Origin: a virus
Length of the DNA: 64,000 nt
Virus record (IMG/VR): IMGVR_UViG_3300045988_168563
Location: 1-64,000 of that record
Strand: one strand, 5' to 3'
Shown here one piece after another: positions 35,721 to 41,967 of this stretch. A program made the position numbers and the translations under genes. Below the pieces are notes generated by a model. That model saw only the letters and a list, made by a program, of their open reading frames with translations, was not told the origin of the DNA and ran no database searches. Every line of letters starts with the position of its first letter. Position 1 is the stretch's first letter.

Positions 35721-36302
35721 TTAGAAGATACGGCTGGCCTGACGGTAGAGGTACAGGCGGGCACACAGGAGAGGGTCGGAGATACCGACGTAGTGGCAGA
35801 CGGAGACGACAACATTCAGCGCTCTGGCTTCAGCTCTCGTTCCATAGTTGTCATCATTCCTCAGTCCGTCCAGGGCGATAGCACCATTGCGCAGGATGCT
35901 GTCCTTGCTGTGGTAAGGACCATTCTGGAAGATATGGGTCAGCCACAGAGCGCCATTCTCCTTCTTGCTTATGCGGAAGATGAGGTGTGCGATAGCACCA
36001 CCCATCAGGACATAGAAGTATGGAAGAGAGCTTGCTACCTTCCTCAGGAGACCATACTTGCGTACGCGATTGTCAAGGACGTCACGCAGGAGCGTAGCCT
36101 TCTTCTGGCTGGGCTGCGCCCACTTAATGATTAGACATAGGACGAACTGTAGGATGCGTGCTTTGCTCATCAGCTTAGCGATAGCTTCGTAAGCAAGGCG
36201 ATAGTTTACGACTGCGCTATCCTTGGTGCCGGCATTAGGAATGGCGGTCTTTGCTGCGTTGATGATAGCGGTGATCTCGTTGTTGACGTTGATAGTATTC
36301 AT
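35721..36302 (-). CDS. hypothetical protein
   Basis: ORF track. The last ~20 codons run into the G+C-rich element, so the true C-terminus is uncertain. Confidence 0.45.
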   Translation of the reverse strand: MNTINVNNEITAIINAAKTAIPNAGTKDSAVVNYRLAYEAIAKLMSKARILQFVLCLIIKWAQPSQKKATLLRDVLDNRVRKYGLLRKVASSLPYFYVLMGGAIAHLIFRISKKENGALWLTHIFQNGPYHSKDSILRNGAIALDGLRNDDNYGTRAEARALNVVVSVCHYVGISDPLLCARLYLYRQASRIF

Positions 36303-36378
36303 ATATGTAGGTGTTGTGCCGTTAGGCGGTTATTGTTAAGTATGGGGGAGGCTTTAGCCCTCCTCCCCCTTTAGGGCG

Positions 36379-36726
36379 TTAGAATGGGAGGTCGTCAGTC
36401 TTTCCAGCGAGGACCTCTTGGTATATGATGTGAGCCCGCTGGTCGCGGATAGCATCATCAATGAAGCTACGCAGAGAGCGTCGACGATCTCTCTCACCCT
36501 TAGCTGCGTCAAGGACGGTTAGGTAGTCTTCCTTCTCTGCGTACCGCTCCATAAACTCAGCCATTTCACGGTGAGCCTTAACGAGTTGCATAGCGAAGAT
36601 GACTTCTCCTTCCTCAGAGATTAGACATAGGTCAAGCGTAGAGTGCAGCTCATCGAGCATAGCTTCGTCTGAGAGTGCTTCACCGAATTGCTTGAGCGTT
36701 TCCTGTGGGATTCTATATGCGTTCAT
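36379..36726 (-). CDS. hypothetical protein ending ...GKTDDLPF (SSB-tip-like tail)
   Basis: ORF track; flanked by its own hairpins (36344-36369 downstream). Confidence 0.55.
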   Translation of the reverse strand: MNAYRIPQETLKQFGEALSDEAMLDELHSTLDLCLISEEGEVIFAMQLVKAHREMAEFMERYAEKEDYLTVLDAAKGERDRRRSLRSFIDDAIRDQRAHIIYQEVLAGKTDDLPF

Positions 36727-36797
36727 AATCGTGTTGTTATTATAGGGTTAGTATGGTAAAGCCACCTCCCCCGGTGTGGGGAAGGTGACTGCTGTTA

Positions 36798-37658
36798 TTA
36801 GAAGGGGAGACAGTCTGATTCGAAGAGGCCGGCGTGGAAGTTGTCATCAACTTCGAGGCGCTCCATCTCCTCGTAGTCCTCATCAGTCAGACGCTCACCA
36901 GTGTAACCGACCTTGTATTCACCGGTCTCTTCATCGAAGAACACCTCGAACTCATCACTGATGAAGGCCGACTCTCTCGCCATCTCCTCAGCGGCGATAG
37001 CCGCATTCTGAGTTAGCTCCATATCGAGGTCTAGCCAGTAATCCAGCTGAGCCATCCCACATAGCTTGCCGTAGAGAATACGATACTCTTCCTCAGTGGC
37101 AAACATACTAATGCCTGCCATAAGGTCTCTGTCTCTTGCTTCAGCACTGTCAAGGACGATCTTCTCGACCCATCCCATAGATTCCTTCTCATCAGTGTCA
37201 TAGTAGAGGCATTCCTCAACACGACTGAATGAGTAGGTGCGCTCAGCAAGCTCATCATAGCTGGATATATTAAGGTTAGACAATAGGGTTGACAATTCAC
37301 AGGTATGCTCCTCCTCAGGAACAGCATAGCCGATTTCACCACGCTCTTCGGCATCGACGAAAGTATCGTACTTCTGACTGTCGAAGGCTACAAGACCATC
37401 AAACAGCGCACGATACTCAATATCTGTGGCGTGAGCCTTGACGATATCAGCAAGGTAGTCAGCTATGCAACCTTCTGCACAGCGACCTACAGCACGCTTG
37501 ATATCATCAATATTACCATTGGTGCCATTATACTTCAGCCCATCGAGGACGATATTAGCCACAGGAGACCACAAAGCCATAGCAAGCTCAGCATAAGAAG
37601 AGCACCAAACGTTAGACAGAAGGACGGACGATTCACGGAGGGTCTTGATTGCTTCCAT
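36798..37658 (-). CDS. acidic hypothetical protein ending ...FESDCLPF (SSB-tip-like tail)
   Basis: ORF track; D/E-rich throughout; hairpin 36763-36787 downstream. Confidence 0.55.
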   Translation of the reverse strand: MEAIKTLRESSVLLSNVWCSSYAELAMALWSPVANIVLDGLKYNGTNGNIDDIKRAVGRCAEGCIADYLADIVKAHATDIEYRALFDGLVAFDSQKYDTFVDAEERGEIGYAVPEEEHTCELSTLLSNLNISSYDELAERTYSFSRVEECLYYDTDEKESMGWVEKIVLDSAEARDRDLMAGISMFATEEEYRILYGKLCGMAQLDYWLDLDMELTQNAAIAAEEMARESAFISDEFEVFFDEETGEYKVGYTGERLTDEDYEEMERLEVDDNFHAGLFESDCLPF

Positions 37659-37816
37659 TGTAGTAAGGTGTTAGGAAGTGAAACAATAAGGATGAACACC
37701 ACCCTACACAGGATGGCGTACGACAGATATAACAAGGCAACAACAGCTAAGTATAGCCATAGCATCACCACAAAACAACACAGCGGAGATAGACGAAAAG
37801 GTGGGAAGAGGAATAG

Positions 37817-37826
37817 CCCCCCCCCC
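37817..37826. repeat. C10 (G10 on minus strand) homopolymer in the loop of hairpin gggaaga..tcttccc
   Basis: Read directly: aatagCCCCCCCCCCacctc, about 160 nt upstream of ATG 37658. Confidence 0.9.
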
Positions 37827-37899
37827 ACCTCACGTCTTCCCATTGTAGCCGTCATCACAACAGCTATTCTGGGTGTTGTTGTCTTGTTCACTAGGATTG

Positions 37900-38225
37900 C
37901 CTAGCGCAGGGGTGTGTATTATCTCCTGAGGAGGGGAGAGTAGGTAATACACCCTTGATGTGGAGCTGGGTTACACCCCTTGCTGAGCTGTGCACTGGAC
38001 TCTGTGTCCTTGGTGCTTGTGACCTGGCCAGCGTCCTGCACTGGTGAGGTCTAGGGTGCGAGCTATGACGTGTGTCGCTCGCTATGCTCAGCGGTGGGGT
38101 ACCCACATCGTTGTGGTACCCATCGCTCCCTGACAAGGGATATTCCCCGCACCCGGGGGTACCAACACAGGAGCTGATTGCTGGAGGGGGTCCGAAGCGG
38201 GAGCCGTCAGCGCGAGTAAGTTCTG
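37900..38225. other. second G+C-rich structured non-coding block carrying a diverged third copy of the 21-mer module
   Basis: 38128-38148 is ccctgacaagggatattcccc. The next ~25 nt (gcacccgggggtaccaacacaggag) align with the sequence after copy 1 (gcaagcggcagggctaccaaccggagg). Confidence 0.4.
38128..38148. repeat. 21-mer module, diverged copy 3 (CCCTGACAAGGGATATTCCCC)
   Basis: 19/21 identity to copies 1 and 2, in the same orientation. Confidence 0.8.
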
Positions 38226-38304
38226 CTGTATCTAAAAATTTTTTAGGTCATTTTTTTTGTAGTCCTAAATCGGAGGTCATCAATATGATTGGTATTGGTA
38301 CTAT

Positions 38305-38487
38305 GGTTGAGGAAGGGATGGTGTATTCTGGTTGAGGAAGGGATAGTAGATGCACTTAGTGATCCTGAGTGTGTGCTGTGTAGGTGCCGGACTTAGCTGT
38401 GTGTTCGGTGTGGCTGAGGTGGGAATGGTGTGGGTATTTTGGTTGAGGAGGGTGTAGATCATCCTGGGTATTTTGGTTGAGGAGGAA
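38305..38487 (+). repeat. four direct repeats GGTTGAGGA(A/G)G(G/A) (38305, 38330, 38441, 38475), the last two inside a 20-nt repeat GGGTATTTTGGTTGAGGAGG
   Basis: Read directly from the sequence. Preceded by the A/T palindrome CTAAAAATTTTTTAG (38232-38246) and a T8 run. Confidence 0.85.
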
Positions 38488-38495
38488 GAAGTGTG

Positions 38496-38503
38496 TATCT
38501 TTG
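38496..38503 (+). promoter_or_regulatory. -7 box TATCTTTG (P1), first of the tandem array
   Basis: Exact TAnnTTTG. Confidence 0.5.
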
Positions 38504-38545
38504 GTGTGAGAAGTTTCGACATAACTGTTTGGTATTTATCGTAGG

Positions 38546-38596
38546 ATACGTGTTGCCCGTGATGGGTGGCACGTATTCGTTTTATGTGTACCTTTG
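38546..38596 (+). promoter_or_regulatory. array unit: hairpin 38546-38576 (atacgtg..cacgtat) plus -7 box TACCTTTG 38589-38596 (P2)
   Basis: Read directly; T run cgTTTTatg lies between the hairpin and the box. Confidence 0.55.
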
Positions 38597-38660
38597 TGTT
38601 GCTGGGTTTTGAGCTTTTTCCCAGCACATCATATTTCCATTGGTTTATAGTTTTACATGG

Positions 38661-38709
38661 TACGCGTTGTCTGAGAAGATAGCGCGTATCGCTTTTATGT
38701 ATATCTTTG
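38661..38709 (+). promoter_or_regulatory. array unit: hairpin 38661-38688 (tacgcg..cgcgta) plus TATCTTTG 38702-38709 (P3)
   Basis: Read directly. Confidence 0.55.
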
Positions 38710-38747
38710 CGGTAGGGGAGTCTTCCCCTCGTGTGTGCCATTGTTTG

Positions 38748-38802
38748 TATGCATCATCTCTATATGGGGTGGTGCATACTTCTTTGATATGTATTATCTT
38801 TG
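38748..38802 (+). promoter_or_regulatory. array unit: hairpin 38748-38778 (tatgca..tgcata) plus TATCTTTG 38795-38802 (P4)
   Basis: Read directly. Confidence 0.55.
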
Positions 38803-38846
38803 TGGCGATAGGTAATTAGCTTCATATTGATTGTTTAGTTAGGGTT

Positions 38847-38899
38847 ACATGCACTGCTCCTCGGGGTGGTGCATGTTCTCGTATAAAGGTGTATCTTTG
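38847..38899 (+). promoter_or_regulatory. array unit: hairpin 38847-38876 (acatgcac..gtgcatgt) plus TATCTTTG 38892-38899 (P5)
   Basis: Read directly. Confidence 0.55.
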
Positions 38900-38946
38900 C
38901 ACTGTTGAGTCTCCCATACTATTTAGGTTAGTTGTTAAACTGGGTC

Positions 38947-38991
38947 TGCGCATCACTCTCATGAGTGGTGCGCATATCTTTTGTACCTTTG
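38947..38991 (+). promoter_or_regulatory. array unit: hairpin 38947-38974 (tgcgcatcactc..gagtggtgcgca) plus TACCTTTG 38984-38991 (P6)
   Basis: Read directly. Confidence 0.55.
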
Positions 38992-39042
38992 TGTTGTGGA
39001 TATAATAGGTTAATTGGCTAATCAAGTGTAGCTTGATTTTGG

Positions 39043-39107
39043 TACGCACTGCCTGGGAAGGTGGTGCGTATTGCTTTTGGGGATTTGAGGAAAGGGTGGT
39101 ATCTTTG
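39043..39107 (+). promoter_or_regulatory. array unit: hairpin 39043-39070 (tacgcac..gtgcgta) plus TATCTTTG 39100-39107 (P7)
   Basis: Read directly. Confidence 0.55.
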
Positions 39108-39186
39108 CCTTGTAATAAATCTTATCGTTATTCTTGGGCTGTGAGGTTAGTCCCACAATTTCCATTTCAAATTTGTCTATCAGCTG

Positions 39187-39247
39187 TGCGCTACTCGGGA
39201 GAGTGGCGCATGGTGTTTTGGTAGGTTGGGGATTATATATACCTTTG
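39187..39247 (+). promoter_or_regulatory. array unit: hairpin 39187-39210 (tgcgc.actc..gagt.gcgca) plus TACCTTTG 39240-39247 (P8)
   Basis: Read directly. Confidence 0.55.
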
Positions 39248-39309
39248 CGGTGAAGGGTGGCGACCTTTCTGCATCGTATCTTATCTTTTATCTCTGCTCC
39301 TCGGGGCTT

Positions 39310-39385
39310 GGAGTGTGATCCAAAGGCTTGGGCCTGACTTTGTCGGGTGGCTGGCGCCGAGGTGGTTCGATTCCCCCGCACTCTA
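39310..39385 (+). ncRNA. tRNA-like element 1 (76 nt, non-canonical; possibly a decayed tRNA)
   Basis: 7-bp acceptor-like pairing ggagtgt/gcactct including two G-U pairs. T-arm ggtgg-TTCGATT-ccccc has one mismatch. No standard anticodon arm: the best loop is actttgt on a weak stem. Confidence 0.3.
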
Positions 39386-39388
39386 CTA

Positions 39389-39445
39389 CTGACTGGTGCT
39401 GTAGGCACGCGTGACGACGCTAGGGTTTGATTCCCTACGGTCAGG
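39389..39445 (+). ncRNA. tRNA-like element 2 (57 nt mini cloverleaf lacking a normal anticodon loop)
   Basis: Acceptor ctgactg/cggtcag (7 bp, one G-U). T-arm taggg-TTTGATT-cccta. Two 4-bp mini-hairpins lie between them. Confidence 0.3.
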
Positions 39446-39727
39446 TCTTATCACTGCTCTCTCCTCATGAGGAAGACAGCAACACATTGCGCTTGTAGGG
39501 CCCTATCCCCGAAGGCGATGGTCTGCGACTGATAGGTCGGTCAAGCGGATAGTGGTGTGAGATGGCGGCGACTCAGTGATCCGTTCGGTACACTTTATTA
39601 CTCACAAATGGGGGACACCAAAGACCTGCCTAAGATCCCCTGCCAATACGAAGGTATATCAGGCTACCTTCGAGTAGAGGTCGGACGATGACACCGAGAC
39701 CTCGCAATGACGCTCACCTTTCCATAG

Positions 39728-39799
39728 GGTGGGCGTCGCCTTTTATACGCCACCACAATGTCCTCTTTCCTCAGGCCATATAGTTATGCCTTACCTTTG
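39728..39799 (+). promoter_or_regulatory. hairpin 39728-39754 (ggtgg.cgt..acgccacc) plus TACCTTTG 39792-39799 (P9), the late-operon promoter
   Basis: The -7 box lies 25 nt upstream of ATG 39824. No further TAnnTTTG was noticed upstream of the later late-gene starts that I checked. Confidence 0.6.
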
Positions 39800-39823
39800 C
39801 GGTATAACATAGTACGTACATAT

Positions 39824-41302
39824 ATGGCAAAAGATAATCAACCACAAATATCAGTACCCCTGCGTGCAGCTGCTGACTCTACCAAGGTCAAGCGGTTCTA
39901 TAGTAGTGGCAATGGTGCTGTCAATACCACTGGGTTTGGCGAGTACATAAGCCAGCCTAATCAAGTTGAGAATGACAAGGACCCTGGGAACATCGTCTCT
40001 AAGCTAGCGGCTGCTGGAGCTATCGGATCTATCGGGGCTACGCTAGCTGCTATCACCGGTAGGGTGGGTGTCAATGCAGCCTACTCTGGTGGTAAGACCC
40101 TTGTCAAGCCTATCGTGAGGGCTGGCTATGGGGCTGCAGCTGTCGGTAGGAACATTGCTGATAGGGTCATGAGGAAGGAGGTAATAGTACCTATTGGTGA
40201 GTCGGCTAAGGCTGCTATACAGAAGGCTGGTGAGTCTAAGACCCTCCTTGGTAGGATAGCCAATGCCGAAGCTGCTATCGTTGGTGACAAGGCTCTCAAG
40301 GGTGGAGCTAAGCTAGCTAAGTTCGCCAAGTACTCTAACATGATTAAGTGGGCTGGCCCACTCTCTACTGCCGCAAGCGCTGGGCTGTCCGCAATAGCCG
40401 CAAACGCCTCCCTGCACGGCAAGTATGACCCCGAGAAGCTACCTAGATATAATATAGGTGAGTTAGGGAAGGATGTTCCAGGGTATAGGATAGGTAGCCG
40501 CGCTGGTCTAGTCGACCCAAACTTCGTTGGTGATAATATCACTGGTGCAGCTGTTAATCTTGCGAGGACGACGATTAGTGGTGGTCAGCAGGTTAAGGGT
40601 CTTATCAAGAAAGGCGGGAAGGCTGTGATGGAGTTCTTCGGGGTACCTGAGGGTACAGCGGATAAGATTGCTGGTGCAGGATCAAGAGTCGCAGCTGGTA
40701 TATTGACAGGTCCTCTGTCACATGATGCTGTCTATAATCAAGTTGACGGCTTCCTCAAGGGATATAGCACCGAAGGCAATGTTGATCCAGACAAGGTCTA
40801 TGGTAAGGATATGCGCGGTCGTATGATGGCAGACCTCTTCGTCAGGGCTAAGATGCGCGGTATGGAGGGTGTGCCTAACTCTTACCTCGCTGTTAACTCA
40901 GCTGAGGAAGAGGCAGCTAAGCTCTACAAGGAAGGCAAGCTGGAGAAGGCTGCACTCGACAAGACACCTGCAGAGATCTTCTACAACCCATCAAAGGAGC
41001 GTGGCTACAATAAGGATCCTATGATGAACATGGCTGCATACTACCCAGGCGATGATAGGTACCCAGTCTATATGCATACCCTCAGACAAGCATACGCTGA
41101 GAAGCACGCAGGTAACAACCCTAACTCAGCTGAGTATAAGAAGTTCGAGCAGGTCTTCGATAGCTATCTCTCCTCAACCGCGACTAAGCGAGGTGGCGAG
41201 AATGAGGATATCAGAGATGAGATGAGGAAGGAAGCGTTTGACTACTACCACCAGAAGCGTAAGGCAGCTGCAGAGAAGCGGTATGAGCCTATCAAGAAGT
41301 AG
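39824..41302 (+). CDS. Gly/Ala-rich hypothetical virion-module protein
   Basis: Start set at ATG 39824 (MAKDNQPQ), downstream of P9. The track start 39758 precedes the promoter box. Confidence 0.55.
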   Translation: MAKDNQPQISVPLRAAADSTKVKRFYSSGNGAVNTTGFGEYISQPNQVENDKDPGNIVSKLAAAGAIGSIGATLAAITGRVGVNAAYSGGKTLVKPIVRAGYGAAAVGRNIADRVMRKEVIVPIGESAKAAIQKAGESKTLLGRIANAEAAIVGDKALKGGAKLAKFAKYSNMIKWAGPLSTAASAGLSAIAANASLHGKYDPEKLPRYNIGELGKDVPGYRIGSRAGLVDPNFVGDNITGAAVNLARTTISGGQQVKGLIKKGGKAVMEFFGVPEGTADKIAGAGSRVAAGILTGPLSHDAVYNQVDGFLKGYSTEGNVDPDKVYGKDMRGRMMADLFVRAKMRGMEGVPNSYLAVNSAEEEAAKLYKEGKLEKAALDKTPAEIFYNPSKERGYNKDPMMNMAAYYPGDDRYPVYMHTLRQAYAEKHAGNNPNSAEYKKFEQVFDSYLSSTATKRGGENEDIRDEMRKEAFDYYHQKRKAAAEKRYEPIKK

Positions 41303-41321
41303 AATGTAGTATCTTCGTATC

Positions 41322-41567
41322 ATGATCTTGAATAGCAAGACGCTAAGCAAGGCGTTACGAGACCATTACATCGCGGTAGCTAAGACCTATGGACTCTCTC
41401 CTCATGAGGTAGAAGCCATATACAATGGGTATTGGTGCGCGGTGAAAGATATAATCAAAGAACGAAGCCCTAAAGCTGTGAATATCCACGGACTGGGCGC
41501 ATTTAGAAATAAGAAGAATGAAAGAAATGAAGACCAAGATGAAGGGGCTGCTCCTCAAGAGCTTTAA
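41322..41567 (+). CDS. small HU/IHF-like DNA-binding protein (tentative, lacks full beta-arm)
   Basis: The layout of helices followed by VNIHGLGAFRNKK resembles the HU N-terminal half (v.i.GfG.F). Confidence 0.3.
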   Translation: MILNSKTLSKALRDHYIAVAKTYGLSPHEVEAIYNGYWCAVKDIIKERSPKAVNIHGLGAFRNKKNERNEDQDEGAAPQEL

Positions 41568-41967
41568 GCCTTCCTTCAACCATGTTGTCGTCTCACCTGT
41601 AGATGTAGATGTCCTCGCCGACTCAAAGTTCAAGGACAACAAGATCCTCATGAAGTACCTCGATCCTAAGATTACGCCTATGCGTGTCATCTATGTAGGC
41701 ACGAGCGTCAGGACCTGTCAGCCCGGGGATATCGTCCTCGTGAATATCATGAGGCATTTCCGCGGTGAAGGTGAGCAAGCACACATCGAACTGCCAGCCC
41801 TCGAGATTGGTGGCATGGAGTGTCTCATTGTGTCTGAAGGCGACCTCTATGGTGTGGCTGATGCAGAAATCTTGGAGACGGAGATTGTGTCGCAGGGTAA
41901 TCTTGCTACAGCCGCCCAGCAGCACGCTTCTCAGATAATCGTACCTGACAAGAGGATTATCCTATGA
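41518..41967 (+). CDS. GroES/gp31-like co-chaperonin fold protein (tentative)
   Basis: FKPSFNHVVVSPV, CQPGDIVLVN and GGMECLIVSEGDLYGV parallel the GroES blocks (kPl.drVlV ; vGD.V.. ; g.e.li..e.dIl.v). The 50-nt overlap with the upstream ORF means the start may be 41539. Confidence 0.4.
   Translation: MKEMKTKMKGLLLKSFKPSFNHVVVSPVDVDVLADSKFKDNKILMKYLDPKITPMRVIYVGTSVRTCQPGDIVLVNIMRHFRGEGEQAHIELPALEIGGMECLIVSEGDLYGVADAEILETEIVSQGNLATAAQQHASQIIVPDKRIIL

Noticed and set aside
35375-36134. ORFs 35375..35815(-), 35452..35766(-), 35493..36134(+) and the N-terminal 76 codons of 34863..35588
   Set aside because: These are mutually overlapping Arg/Pro/Gly/Ala-rich frames on both strands across a G+C-rich block. 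This is the signature of non-coding GC-rich DNA rather than genes.
38546-39210. Whether the hairpin array is a CRISPR array
   Set aside because: The repeats are not identical (only the 3' arm is similar). Spacing is irregular at 87-144 bp. Each unit has its own promoter box. No cas genes are in the window. A repeat-mimic or decoy role remains a hypothesis only.
37305-39408. ORFs 37305..37904(+), 37535..37891(-), 37891..38136(-), 38072..38335(+), 38301..38741(-), 38822..39049(-), 39022..39408(-)
   Set aside because: Low-complexity or His/Thr/Pro-rich translations. They are antisense to, or span, the repeat/hairpin array. None has a promoter box in the right orientation, and they overlap one another.
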